From the IMG/VR virus record IMGVR_UViG_3300027744_000008: DNA of 64,000 bases, one strand, 5' to 3'. This DNA is from a virus (taxonomy: Duplodnaviria > Heunggongvirae > Uroviricota > Caudoviricetes). Below are positions 1 through 10,900 of the stretch, piece after piece (position 1 is the stretch's first letter; each line of letters opens with the position of its first letter). A program made the position numbers and the translations under genes. Below the pieces are notes generated by a model. It was not told where the DNA came from. It saw only the letters and a program-made list of their open reading frames with translations, and did no database searches.

Positions 1-2
1 GA

Positions 3-1349
3 AATATTTTCAAATACGGTGATGGATTCTTTATTAGAGATCCAGAAAATCAAAAATGGTTCTACGTTGATTCAGGTAAAGTTGTCAAGATCATTGTCAA
101 CGAAAGTGATGGAAAGAAGCCTGAACAATACGTTATCCGTGACCTAAATCCAAACTTTATGAATTTAGTTGTAACACAGATTACACCTAATTCTCAACAA
201 ACAAACAATCGTGGATCTAATTATGTTGCAGGTGGTGCTGCTCGAGGCATGACTGGAACATATCCTACACAGTCAGGCACACGTTTTAGCACAGGCGATC
301 AAGAACTAGCAGTTGATGCTAGACACGTGATACACCTAAGCCTATCAGAAGGACTGGATAACAACTATCCATTTGGTAACAGTCTACTTGAAAATGTTTT
401 TAAAACCTATAAACAAAAAGAATTATTAGAAGATGCTATTCTAATCTATCGAATACAACGTGCTCCAGAGCGTAGAATTTTTTACATCGATGTGGGAAAT
501 ATGCCCAGCCATTTGGCCATGAGTTTTGTTGAACGTGTTAAAAATGAAATTCATCAGCGCAGAATTCCAAGTCAGAACGGCGGCGGCAATAACATCATTG
601 ACAGCGCATACAATCCGTTGAGCATCAATGAAGACTACTTCTTTCCGCAGACAGCAGAAGGTCGTGGATCAAAGGTAGAAACACTACCTGGTGGTACAAA
701 CCTAGGTGAAATTGACGATTTAAAATATTTTACCAACAAGTTGTTCCGTGGTTTAAGAATTCCAAGTAGCTATCTGCCAACGGGTGCAGATGATAGCCAA
801 GCACAGTATAACGATGGTCGCGTTGGCACAGCATATATTCAAGAGCTACGTTTTAACAAGTATTGCGAACGGTTACAAGCCCTAGTTTCAAGTATTTTTG
901 ATCAAGAATTTAAAATGTTCTTGTACTCAAAAGGTGTAAACATTGATTCTTCATTGTTTGATCTTAAGTTTAATCCACCAATGAACTTTGCTAGTCAGCG
1001 TCAAGCAGAGCTAGATGGTAATAGAATTAATACATTTAACACAGTACAAGCAGTACCGTTTATGTCAAAACGATTTGTATTAAAACGATTCTTGGGACTA
1101 ACAGACGAAGAAGTAGCAGAAAACGAGCGTTTGTGGGCAGAAGAAAAAGGTGAAGCTATACCTGTACACACTGACAGTGCCGGCGAACTACGTTCAGCAG
1201 GTCTGAGTCAAGCAGGTATTGAAGCAGATATAGATGCCAGTGCACCTGAAGCTGCACCTGAAGACATGGTGCCATCTGAACTAGGCGCTGCTGGAGCACC
1301 AATGCCAGCCCCAACGGGAGCACCAGCAACTCCTCCGCCGACAGCATAA
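3..1349 (+). CDS. gp20: Portal vertex protein, T4 gp20-like (5' truncated by window edge)
   Basis: Frame is open from position 3 (NIFKYGDGFFIRDP...). Motifs LLEDAILIYRIQRAPERRIFYIDVGNMP, EDYFFP...EGRGSKVETLPGG and LRIPSSYL are typical of T4-like portals. Lies upstream of protease/scaffold/capsid. Confidence 0.95.
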   Translation, partial: NIFKYGDGFFIRDPENQKWFYVDSGKVVKIIVNESDGKKPEQYVIRDLNPNFMNLVVTQITPNSQQTNNRGSNYVAGGAARGMTGTYPTQSGTRFSTGDQELAVDARHVIHLSLSEGLDNNYPFGNSLLENVFKTYKQKELLEDAILIYRIQRAPERRIFYIDVGNMPSHLAMSFVERVKNEIHQRRIPSQNGGGNNIIDSAYNPLSINEDYFFPQTAEGRGSKVETLPGGTNLGEIDDLKYFTNKLFRGLRIPSSYLPTGADDSQAQYNDGRVGTAYIQELRFNKYCERLQALVSSIFDQEFKMFLYSKGVNIDSSLFDLKFNPPMNFASQRQAELDGNRINTFNTVQAVPFMSKRFVLKRFLGLTDEEVAENERLWAEEKGEAIPVHTDSAGELRSAGLSQAGIEADIDASAPEAAPEDMVPSELGAAGAPMPAPTGAPATPPPTA

Positions 1350-1352
1350 ATA
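1347..1352 (+). promoter_or_regulatory. Late-promoter-like TAAATA, 5 nt before ATG at 1358
   Basis: Resembles the T4 late -10 element TATAAATA; overlaps the portal stop codon; same motif recurs before many structural genes. Confidence 0.6.
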
Positions 1353-1357
1353 ATAGC

Positions 1358-1597
1358 ATGATTCTAAGAGAACTTTTTTATATTGATCCAGATACTAAGG
1401 CAATAGCCACAGATCTGCGCTACGATCAAGGACGTGATACGTCTTTAATTCGTCGTAACGACACTAGAAAAACTAGATTAAGTCTAGGACAGATTAATGA
1501 ATTAAGAAAAAACTCTGAAAGTCACATCCTCGAACAAGAAGACGAGTTAAGTTTTATCAACACAATGTACGGCGCAGAGCCAGCACCTGCCGTCTAA
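1358..1597 (+). CDS. Small hypothetical protein in head module
   Basis: 79-aa ORF directly after portal, preceded by TAAATA. Confidence 0.7.
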   Translation: MILRELFYIDPDTKAIATDLRYDQGRDTSLIRRNDTRKTRLSLGQINELRKNSESHILEQEDELSFINTMYGAEPAPAV

Positions 1598-1672
1598 TAC
1601 ATTTTTATTAAAGGTTTGTTACAAAAACCTCTGTTTTTCCACCATTATAGTGCCGTTTTTTACATTAATATG

Positions 1673-1678
1673 TAAATA
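1673..1678 (+). promoter_or_regulatory. Late-promoter-like TAAATA upstream of the core-protease-scaffold-capsid operon
   Basis: TAAATA in intergenic DNA, followed by AGGAG SD and ATG at 1714. Confidence 0.6.
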
Positions 1679-1713
1679 TAATCGACAGCCTTATACTATA
1701 TAGGAGACCTAAT

Positions 1714-2544
1714 ATGACTGATCGTTCTAAGTTTGAGCTAATGCTCGACGCTCTAATCAATGAGCAACAAGATAAAGCAAAAGAAATTTTTCACGACATC
1801 GTAGTTGAAAAAAGCCGTGAAATTTACGAAAATCTTTTAGCTGACGACATGGAAGATGATGACATGGAAGAAGCCTTTGGTGATGACGAGTCAGGCGATG
1901 ACAGCGACATTGGCGGCGATCCTAGTGATGACTTCATGAGTGACGTTAGTGACGAAGAAGGTGACGAAGGCGAAGAAGAAGGTGACGAAGGCGAAGGCGA
2001 CATGGAAGATCGTGTTATGGACCTAGAAGACGCCTTAGACGAACTAAAAGCAGAATTTGAACAACTCATGTCTGGCGAAGAAGGTGACGACATGGGCATG
2101 GATGACATGGGCGGTGACGACATGGGCATGGATGACATGGACAGCATGGACATGAAATCAGAAGACGAAAGCTATGCTTTTGAAGCTGACGACGAAGACG
2201 AAGACGGTGACCTAGAAGAAAGACTAATGCGTGAATACGTAGAAAAAGTTTCTGCTCCTACGCATGGTGACAATGGCACTAACACAAAGTCTATCGTAGC
2301 AAAGCCAAATCGCATGGGTGGCACAAGTGCTAACATTGCAAAAGGTTTCTCAACAGAGAAAGGCGGTACACAAGGTGGACTATTAAATCCTTCTACTAAA
2401 GAAGAAAATTTTGGTAACATCAATGTACCAGGTGGAAAAGCTGGAAAGTCAGCTTTTAAGAAATCTGAGCCAGGACATGGCGCAGATAAAAAAGGCAAAG
2501 CAGAGCAAGCCGATAATAGAAAAAGTATTGTAGGTTCAAGATAA
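1714..2544 (+). CDS. Highly acidic putative prohead core protein
   Basis: D/E/M-rich 276 aa with SD AGGAG; lies between portal and protease, where T4 has core genes 67/68. Confidence 0.65.
   Translation: MTDRSKFELMLDALINEQQDKAKEIFHDIVVEKSREIYENLLADDMEDDDMEEAFGDDESGDDSDIGGDPSDDFMSDVSDEEGDEGEEEGDEGEGDMEDRVMDLEDALDELKAEFEQLMSGEEGDDMGMDDMGGDDMGMDDMDSMDMKSEDESYAFEADDEDEDGDLEERLMREYVEKVSAPTHGDNGTNTKSIVAKPNRMGGTSANIAKGFSTEKGGTQGGLLNPSTKEENFGNINVPGGKAGKSAFKKSEPGHGADKKGKAEQADNRKSIVGSR
2083..2140 (+). repeat. 28-bp direct repeat, 30-bp period (GDDMGMDDM)
   Basis: ggtgacgacatgggcatggatgacatgg at 2083-2110 and 2113-2140. Confidence 0.9.
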
Positions 2545-2545
2545 G

Positions 2546-3175
2546 ATGAAATATCTTCGTGAGCACTTGAGTTTTGATCAAGCTCAGATTACCCTCTTAG
2601 AAAGCGATGACAAAGAGGGTAAGAGTCTATATATGAGTGGTATTTGCATTCAAGGAGGAATCCGTAATGCAAACCAACGTATATATCCTGTACATGAAAT
2701 TAGCAAGGCTGTCGAAACCCTAAACGATCAGTGTGCCGGTGGATACTCAGTACTCGGCGAAGTAGATCATCCAGACGACCTAAAAATTAACTTGGACCGT
2801 GTTAGCCACATGATAACGCAAATGTGGATGGACGGTCCTAATGGTTATGGAAAGTTGAAAATTCTACCTACACCTATGGGCAACCTTGTTAAAAGCATGG
2901 TTCAAAGTGGCGTGAAGTTAGGAGTATCAAGTCGTGGATCTGGAAACGTCCGTGAGGACGGTTCCGGTGAAGTGTCAGATTTTGAGATTATCACAGTGGA
3001 TGTGGTAGCTCAACCAAGTGCCCCGGGGGCCTACCCTACAGCAATATATGAACATCTCATGAACACTCGAGGTGGTAATAGAGCCGTTCGCATAGCGAAT
3101 GAAGTTCAGGGTGATCCTAAGGCACAGCGTTATCTCAAAGAGAGCTTATTATCTGTAATAAGCAAGCTCCAATAA
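2546..3175 (+). CDS. gp21: Prohead protease, T4 gp21-like
   Basis: Motifs NANQRIYP, GEVDHP, INLDRVSH, GVSSRGSG (catalytic His/Ser) and DVVAQPSAPGA. Confidence 0.95.
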   Translation: MKYLREHLSFDQAQITLLESDDKEGKSLYMSGICIQGGIRNANQRIYPVHEISKAVETLNDQCAGGYSVLGEVDHPDDLKINLDRVSHMITQMWMDGPNGYGKLKILPTPMGNLVKSMVQSGVKLGVSSRGSGNVREDGSGEVSDFEIITVDVVAQPSAPGAYPTAIYEHLMNTRGGNRAVRIANEVQGDPKAQRYLKESLLSVISKLQ

Positions 3176-3188
3176 AGAGGAGAATCAC

Positions 3189-4289
3189 ATGTTGGATGCA
3201 TTAAAAACGTTAATTGAGAATAATGTGATTTCTGAAGAGACTAAAGTGGCTATTGAGTCAGCTTGGGAATCTCGTATTACCGAGAACCGTGAACAAGTTA
3301 CTCAACAACTACGCGAAGAATTTGCTCAACGTTATGAGCACGATAAGGCCACAATGGTAGAAGCTGTTGACAGAATGTTAACAGATTCACTATCAGCTGA
3401 AATCGTAGAATTTGAAGAAGATCGTCGTCAATTAGCAGAAGCTAAGGCAAAGTATGCAGTAAAAATGCATCAAGCTGGCAACGTAATGAAGGAATTCGTT
3501 ACACGTCAACTAGCCTCAGAAGTTCGCGAGTTACATGAAGATCAAATTCAAATGGCTCAGAAGTTTGGTAAACTAGAAGAATTCGTAGTAGAAGCTCTAG
3601 CTCAAGAAATTGCAGAATTTTATAAAGACAAAACCGACCTAGCAGAAACTAAAGTTCGTTTAGTTCGCGAAGGCCGTGAAGCATTAGCACAAATGAAAAC
3701 AAAATTTGTACAACGTGCCGCTAAGATGGTTGAAAATATAGTTGAAACTAATCTATCAAAAGAGATTAATCAACTTAAAGAAGACATCGATGCTGCTCGC
3801 AAGGCAGATTTTGGTCGTAAGTTATTCGAAGCATTTGCTAATGAATATCAAACCAGTTATCTTTCTGAGAAATCAGAAACCAGTAAATTGCTCAAAGTTA
3901 TAAACTTGAAAGATCTAGAAATTGCAGAAGCTCAACACGCTGTGGCCCAAGCAAAACAGATCGCAGAAAGCAAACACTCAGAGGCTCGTGCTCTTAAAGA
4001 AAGTATTGAGCGCCAAAAAATTATGCATGAATTGTTAAATCCTTTATCTAAGGAACAACAAGGCATCATGACAGAATTGTTGGAAAGTGTACACACTGTA
4101 AAACTTGAAAATAGTTTTAACAAATACCTTCCCGCAGTAATTGAAGGCAAAGCACCGCAGAAGAAACAGGCACTAGTAGAGGCTAAAGAAATTACAGGCA
4201 ACAAAATAAGTAACAGCGTAGGTAGTGGCGAGAACGAGTCATCAAATAATATTGTTGATATACGTAGGCTCGCAGGATTAAAAATTTAA
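3189..4289 (+). CDS. gp22: Prohead scaffold protein, T4 gp22-like
   Basis: Long E/K/A-rich coiled-coil ORF between protease and capsid gene; SD GAGGAG. Confidence 0.85.
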   Translation: MLDALKTLIENNVISEETKVAIESAWESRITENREQVTQQLREEFAQRYEHDKATMVEAVDRMLTDSLSAEIVEFEEDRRQLAEAKAKYAVKMHQAGNVMKEFVTRQLASEVRELHEDQIQMAQKFGKLEEFVVEALAQEIAEFYKDKTDLAETKVRLVREGREALAQMKTKFVQRAAKMVENIVETNLSKEINQLKEDIDAARKADFGRKLFEAFANEYQTSYLSEKSETSKLLKVINLKDLEIAEAQHAVAQAKQIAESKHSEARALKESIERQKIMHELLNPLSKEQQGIMTELLESVHTVKLENSFNKYLPAVIEGKAPQKKQALVEAKEITGNKISNSVGSGENESSNNIVDIRRLAGLKI

Positions 4290-4300
4290 GGAGAATTTAA

Positions 4301-5476
4301 ATGTCAGAACTACTACATGGCCGCTGGACAGAAACTAAGGAAGCCCTATTAGAAGGCTTATCAGGCACAAAAAAATCAGTAATGGGTGTAACACTAGAAA
4401 ATACTCGTAAGTATCTACTAGAAAGTCCATCAGCTGGTGCCACTTCTGCCGGCAACGTCGCAACATTAAACCGCGTGATTCTTCCAGTGATTCGTCGCGT
4501 TATGCCAACCGTTATTGCTAACGAGTTAGTTGGTGTACAACCAATGACTGGCCCAGTGGGTCAAATCCATACTCTACGTGTTCGTTATGCAGATAACGGT
4601 GACGGCGTAGTAGCAGGTGAAGAAGCACTAAGTCCATTCAAAATTGCTGAAGCTTATTCCGGTAATAATACCGCGAGTAATCCTAAAGCAGCTTCTACAG
4701 CAACTCTTGAAGGTGCTGCTGGTAAGCGTATGTCTATTCAAATCTTGAAACAGACAGTCGAAGCTAAGTCACGCAAGCTATCAGCTCGCTGGACATTTGA
4801 AGCTGCTCAAGACGCACAAGCCCAACAAGGCATTGACGTTGAAGCAGAAATCATGGCTGCTCTAGCACAAGAAATTACAGCTGAAATTGACCAAGAGATT
4901 CTAGCTAGCCTATCATCTCTAGCCGGTACAGCTACAGAACTATATGACCAAAGTGCTGTTTCAGGTACAGCTACATTCGTTGGTGACGAACACGCTGCTC
5001 TAGCTGTTCAGATCAATCGTGTAAGCAACTTGATCGCCCAGCGTACACGTCGTGGTGCTGGTAACTGGGCTGTAGTAAGTCCATTTGCTTTAACAATTCT
5101 ACAAAGTGCTACTACTTCTGCTTTTGCTCGCACAACAGAAGGTACATTCGAAGCTCCAACAAACACCAAGTTCGTTGGTACATTGAACAGCGCAATGAAG
5201 ATTTATGTTAACACATACGCAACCGATTCAACTGATATTCTTATTGGTTACAAAGGTTCTAGCGAAAGTGATGCAGCAGCATTCTATTGCCCATACATTC
5301 CATTGATGAGCAGTGGTGTTGTTCTTGACCCAGCAACATTTGAACCAGTCGTATCATTCATGACACGTTATGGTTATGTTGAGTTGTCAAACGTAGCTTC
5401 TTCTCTAGGTAATGCAGCTGACTATCTAGGTAAAGTTGGTCTAAGCACAACTTACACTAGCGTTAAGTTTAGCTAA
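4301..5476 (+). CDS. gp23: Major capsid protein, T4 gp23-like
   Basis: Motifs RRVMP..IA.ELVGVQPMTGPVGQI, AKSRKLSARWT.EAAQD, TRRGAGN, AFYCPYIPL and FMTRYG; strong SD AAGGAG. Confidence 0.97.
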   Translation: MSELLHGRWTETKEALLEGLSGTKKSVMGVTLENTRKYLLESPSAGATSAGNVATLNRVILPVIRRVMPTVIANELVGVQPMTGPVGQIHTLRVRYADNGDGVVAGEEALSPFKIAEAYSGNNTASNPKAASTATLEGAAGKRMSIQILKQTVEAKSRKLSARWTFEAAQDAQAQQGIDVEAEIMAALAQEITAEIDQEILASLSSLAGTATELYDQSAVSGTATFVGDEHAALAVQINRVSNLIAQRTRRGAGNWAVVSPFALTILQSATTSAFARTTEGTFEAPTNTKFVGTLNSAMKIYVNTYATDSTDILIGYKGSSESDAAAFYCPYIPLMSSGVVLDPATFEPVVSFMTRYGYVELSNVASSLGNAADYLGKVGLSTTYTSVKFS

Positions 5477-5503
5477 TCAACATACCGAGAGGTTGTTAAT
5501 CAT

Positions 5504-5528
5504 AAAAGGCTCTTCGGAGCCTTTTTTT
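5504..5528 (+). terminator. Rho-independent terminator with C(UUCG)G tetraloop
   Basis: aaaaggctc-TTCG-gagcc-ttttttt after the capsid gene. Confidence 0.9.
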
Positions 5529-5536
5529 GTTGTGCA

Positions 5537-5622
5537 TAAATACATAGTACGATTCACATGGTGTGAGTTTTATGCGGAAATCCAACCGCGTACAGCCTAG
5601 AACGCTGTTTTTCTATAAGGAG
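5537..5622 (+). promoter_or_regulatory. TAAATA promoter followed by a three-hairpin 5' leader
   Basis: TAAATA 5537-5542; stems at 5551-5569, 5571-5592 and 5592-5608; SD AAGGAG at 5617-5622. Confidence 0.6.
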
Positions 5623-5630
5623 AAAATAAA

Positions 5631-6347
5631 ATGGGACGTCCTTTAAGTAAAAAATATTTTGCCAACACAAACTATGCAAAATTTGGCACGGCAAATGTTG
5701 GCGGTGAGAGCGCAGCCAGTGTAGCAGTGTCAGGCGTATTCGGTGGCAAAACACCCGGTACATATACAATCCCAGCAAGTGTGATCAGTGCCCCACAAAT
5801 TACTGGTGGTGTAAAACCAACAATGACTTTAACATACGTAACTTCCACTACTGCTACAGTTGCAGTGGTTACATCAGGTTCTGGTTATACTGGCACAGTG
5901 ACCATCAGTGGTGCCGCACTACAAGCATTAGGTGGTGCTGGTACAGGTACTATTGTACTAACAGCAACAATGACAACTACTCGTCAAAACGGTATTGTGT
6001 GCGAAGCACAAATTGGTGCTGGCGGTAGTGAACTTACTACTGGCGACGTTATTAAACAAGTTAGTAGCCGCCGCTATAAAGTTCAAACTACTGACGGTGT
6101 AGCAGTTTGTAAATTAGTTACAACAGAAGCTAAAGGTGCAAATGAAATGTCAATTAAAGCCACCGACAGCGCAGGTAACACATACTTTGTTGCTAAACTA
6201 ACAGCACGTAAAGCTGTACTAGTTCCTGCGGCCAACGTTCACGGCGGTGTGACAACTATTGGTTCGCAATTTGTTTCAGGTACAACTGCTAAATGGACTT
6301 TTGGTAGTGCCGTAGTTAATACTACAGTGACTATTGAAAATCAATAA
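5631..6347 (+). CDS. Putative virion structural protein (T/G/A/V-rich)
   Basis: Strong SD, late promoter, beta-rich composition, located directly after capsid gene. Confidence 0.65.
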   Translation: MGRPLSKKYFANTNYAKFGTANVGGESAASVAVSGVFGGKTPGTYTIPASVISAPQITGGVKPTMTLTYVTSTTATVAVVTSGSGYTGTVTISGAALQALGGAGTGTIVLTATMTTTRQNGIVCEAQIGAGGSELTTGDVIKQVSSRRYKVQTTDGVAVCKLVTTEAKGANEMSIKATDSAGNTYFVAKLTARKAVLVPAANVHGGVTTIGSQFVSGTTAKWTFGSAVVNTTVTIENQ

Positions 6348-6362
6348 TCAATAATTAGGAAC

Positions 6363-6378
6363 GGGGACTTCGGTCCCC
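6363..6378 (+). other. Intergenic C(UUCG)G hairpin without U-tract
   Basis: ggggac-TTCG-gtcccc followed by attaagga, so more likely an RNA stability/processing hairpin than a terminator. Confidence 0.7.
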
Positions 6379-6391
6379 ATTAAGGATAAAC

Positions 6392-7324
6392 ATGGCAAAG
6401 ATAGTAAGAGTTAATACTGGAGGATCAAACAGCTATGCTGGAGATTCAGCTGCCTATAAAATTGTTGTTGATTCAGGTGGTAAAATTGTTTTTAACACAG
6501 GAAATCAACTAGGCGACGTTGTTATAACAGGTAGTTTGACTGTTCTTGGAACAACTACATCTCTTGAAACAACAAATACTCAAATTAGTGACAACATCAT
6601 TGTACTAAACAAAGGTGAAGATGGTGCAGGAGTTACACTGGGTACTAGCGGATTAGAAATTGATAGAGGATCTGTTCCTGCTGCTCGTTGGGTATATGAA
6701 GACAGTGGCGATCTTGCAGCAGTACCTAATGTTTGGCGGGCAAAATATGCTACCACTGAAGCATTTATACCAATTGCTACCAATTATATTTGGACCGACG
6801 AAGGCAACTTGACATTAATTGGTCAAGGCACAGGTGTAATCACTGTTACTGGTACCACAGACTACGAAAGTCAAGTTACTAGTGATGATGTGATACCAAA
6901 TAAGAAATATGTTGATGACTATGTTGCCTACTACGTTGCAACACACCCACCCGATGAAATTATTGATGCTGATACTAGAGTTACAGTTAGTGATTTTGCT
7001 ACATCAGGCAGTCCAAGTCAAGTTGAGTTCGTAGTAAATAATATTGTAAAAAGTACAATTGATGCAAATGGATTTGTAGCTGGCACTGTAAGACTCGAAG
7101 GAAACACAATTAGTGAAGATACTAGTGATACATTGCATATTGATGCATACCTAGCGTTGGACAATAGAGTAACAACTCCGTCAACACCTAGTACTAATGT
7201 AAAATTATATTCTACAGCAACTCCAGGTAATGGAGGAACTGGTGTATACTTTGTTAATACTGAAGGTACCAATGACGAATTAATCAGCAAGACCAAAGCA
7301 CTTTTATTTGCTTTAATATTGTAA
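6392..7324 (+). CDS. Putative tail/baseplate fibre-associated structural protein
   Basis: Fibre-like motifs GSLTVLGTTT, DNIIVLN..G.....SGLEIDRG and PNKKYVDDY. Confidence 0.65.
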   Translation: MAKIVRVNTGGSNSYAGDSAAYKIVVDSGGKIVFNTGNQLGDVVITGSLTVLGTTTSLETTNTQISDNIIVLNKGEDGAGVTLGTSGLEIDRGSVPAARWVYEDSGDLAAVPNVWRAKYATTEAFIPIATNYIWTDEGNLTLIGQGTGVITVTGTTDYESQVTSDDVIPNKKYVDDYVAYYVATHPPDEIIDADTRVTVSDFATSGSPSQVEFVVNNIVKSTIDANGFVAGTVRLEGNTISEDTSDTLHIDAYLALDNRVTTPSTPSTNVKLYSTATPGNGGTGVYFVNTEGTNDELISKTKALLFALIL

Positions 7325-7333
7325 GGAAAAATA

Positions 7334-7912
7334 ATGGCTTTAGTAAGCACAATTTTAACAAACTCAGCACTGCCAATCAGCGATGATCTAGCTTCATCTT
7401 CAGCTGTGACTGTGATGCTATTTTGTAACTATAACACGCCAAGCAGCGTTGACAGTGCGTTAGGTAGACAGTGGTTAGAAGTATATGCAGTAAAAGATGG
7501 TGACAGTCCAGGTACTGCAAATAAATTAATGCATCGAGTACCATTGGATGCAGGCGACACTTTTACGTTTAGTACTGAAAGAATTGTTTTAGATGCACAT
7601 GATAGAATACATGCTAATACTCTAGGACAAGGTGTTGCAAGTGTAATCATGGGGGGAGCAGGCAGCTCGTACGTCAATGGCGATCCAATTTACTTTTCTG
7701 ACCCAGATTTTTCTGAAGGTGTAACTGCTACAGGTTATGCACTAGTAACTGGAGGAGCAGTAACTGGAGTTTATATTACAGAAGCTGGATCAGGATACAT
7801 TACTCCTCCGTCGATTGATTTTACACAATCTGGTAATGGTCTAGCAACTGGGACCGCAGTATTATCAAGCACAAGTCAAGTTACTTGTACAACTAGCTAT
7901 GTGTTAATCTAA
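7334..7912 (+). CDS. Putative structural protein with GSGY-type repeats
   Basis: 192 aa with AGSSY/AGSGY..PP.I motifs seen in phage baseplate/fibre proteins; SD AAGGA. Confidence 0.6.
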   Translation: MALVSTILTNSALPISDDLASSSAVTVMLFCNYNTPSSVDSALGRQWLEVYAVKDGDSPGTANKLMHRVPLDAGDTFTFSTERIVLDAHDRIHANTLGQGVASVIMGGAGSSYVNGDPIYFSDPDFSEGVTATGYALVTGGAVTGVYITEAGSGYITPPSIDFTQSGNGLATGTAVLSSTSQVTCTTSYVLI

Positions 7913-7914
7913 TT

Positions 7915-10900
7915 ATGAAATATATCCGTAGACAAAACCTTAATCAACAAAATGCACTTGATAAGAAAGTTCTAATAAAACCTAATGGTGATATTGAATT
8001 TAATCCAACAACTAGTGTAACTGTCAACGGGGAATTTATCACAGTAGGCAACCAAGCTGCCGGCCCCGAAGTTACGAATGTAATGTATGTTACCGTAGAC
8101 GGTGACGATGATAATGATGGATTCGGCGAAGGTCCTCGACAGGCCAAGAGAACTATTAAATCAGCTTGTGAAGTAGCACAAGAGGGTACTACTATTTTTG
8201 TCAGAAGCGGAGAATACTACGAAGACAATCCTGTTAGAATTCCACCTAAAGTAAGTATTATTGGCGACAATCTGCGTAGAACAATTATAAAACCATTAAA
8301 CGGCACAACTAAATGGAACATAACTTTTGTTGAAAGAATTGACGGCGTTGTCACTATTACCACAGATGTTGAACATGATTTAAATTTACGTGACAGAGTA
8401 CGAGTAATTTCTTCTCAGACAAATATTGACGACGAGTGTGCAACAGTTGAATCAATTCCAGATTCAATGTCATTTACCTATATTGACTATGGAAACAATC
8501 TGACCTATGCAGCAGCCACAGGCACAGTAGAAAGAGGTACAGACCTTTTCTTGGTCAATAGTGCAAATTATATTGCACAAGTAGTATTCAAAGCTATACA
8601 GGCACCTGCTTACTGTGTTAATATTGACAATGATGCCGTTGTTGATACTTCACCGTATATTCAAAATTGTTCTAATATCAACGGTCCTTGGATGAACAAC
8701 GGTGATGAATGGTTTCCATTTATTACGGAACAACGAAACATTGACGGAGATATGGTAACTGGTCCTCGACCACTACTAGATGCTGAATTAGACCCTGCAT
8801 ACTTAGATGTTTATAGTATAAATCAACGTGGCGCAGGCGGCGGCATGCTAATAGATGGCGACAGATATAGCTCAGTCTCCCCTATTAAATCCATGGTAGC
8901 AGATGCATTTACACAAGTGGCGCAAGGCGCTGTAGGATTCCATATTACTAATTTTGGTTATATGCAATTAGTTTCTTGTTTCAATGTTTTCTGCCATATT
9001 GCCTACTACACTACTAAAGGTGGATATCTAAGTATATCTAATTCAGTATGTGACTTTGGTAACTTTGGATTTGTTGCCGACGGTTATTATAACATCCCCT
9101 ATGATAGCGGAGTTATTCTATCAGATTATTATTCTTATGTGGCATCAGTGACTATTGATAGTCCTGGTAGTAATTATACTCTAGCACCAATAGTTACATT
9201 TGATCCTCCTACATCACTCGGCGGAGTTCAAGCACAAGGCACTGCCAGTATAGATGTGTCAACTGGGTTATTAATTGCAATCAGCATTGACGATCCTGGA
9301 TCGGGATATGATTTTCAACCCAACATCACGCTAACTGGCGGCGGCGCAAATCCTTCATTAGTCCAGGGTATTGCCACTGCTAACCTGTATAAAAATGAAA
9401 CAATTACTATAAGTAACCTAAGTAACAAACCCCAAGTAGGCAGTATTGTATTTTTAGAAAATGATCCAACTAGTTATTATATTTCTAATACAGATAATAT
9501 TGTCCAAACATTTACCTATAACGAAATAAAATGTCGCAGAGACGTTGCACTTATATTAGACGCAATTTTAACAGACATGACATTTGGATCTACTTATTCA
9601 AGTACAGCAGCAGGCCTGTCCTACCTAAGATCATATGCTGCTAAAGTTACAAGTCTGCAAAAATTACAAACTATCGCAGGATTAAATGAGGCTAGAGACC
9701 TTGCACTTTCTTTAACAGTTAACCCAACAGCACAAACTGCCATAACTGATAATTTTGCCATAGTCACTGACATTATTGATATTGGGTTAGTCGCAGTTCC
9801 AGCTTTAGATATTCCTAGTTCACTAACTAGAGAAGAAGGTTATTCTCAAGCTGCTGCTATCTTAGAAGCCAATAAACTGTTTGTTCAAGATGAAATTACT
9901 GCTTGGATTGCCTACAATTATTCAGTATTAGATTATGACAGCGTAACATGTTCTCGAGATGTAGGGTTAATTGTTGATGCTCTATGTTACGATTTAATGT
10001 TTGGATCTAATTTTAGAACAATAACAGCCGCACGTAGCTACTACAGGGCCGCTGCTTCAGTGGTTACACAACAACAAAAGTCTGCTACTCTAGCAGCGTT
10101 CCGTTATTTAAAAATAATAGTTGCTGCAAAAATTACTGACAACCCAACAGCCAACGCTAGTGTAAAGAGTAATATGGACATTATTATTAATGTCCTTGAA
10201 AACGGGTTAGAAGAAATTGGTGGAATAGTTAGACCTGATCCAACAGGATATAGTAATAATTATAAATTTGCTAGAAACTTAATTGATGAAAATAAAGAGT
10301 TTATTAAAGCAGAAATTAGTGCGTATCTTAATATAAATTGGACTGCGGTATGGACCGGATTGAATGCAGCAGGTCAGGCCAGAGTCCAATTAAACATTGA
10401 ATATATTTTAGATGCACTTTATTACGATATTACCTACGGCGGCAACTTAGAAACTACTATTGCAGGTCGCGCCTACTATTCGTTTGGCGTGTTGCAGATA
10501 AGTGCTCCAGAAAAAACAGCTATTTTAGATGCCTATGATCATATGAAAACTATCATAGGTGATATTGCTCAAAATATTGATATTGTCCAACTACAAGGAG
10601 TTGTAATACAAGTTACAGGTTTACCTGGATCAGCTGGTGCCACTAGCGATGCACAAGACTTAATTCAAAATGTCATTGATATTATTGACACCGGTGCATA
10701 CGTTGACGTACCACCAAGTACTGCTTGGGTTAGTGCAAGTTTATTAGAGGAAGATACAGCATTACAGTATGCAAGAAGTTCTATTCAAGATTCTGTAATC
10801 AAATATATTAATGCTAATAATTTTATCTATGACGAAAATACATGTCGTAGAGATATTGCATATATTATCGACGCTATGATATATGACATGTCATATGACG

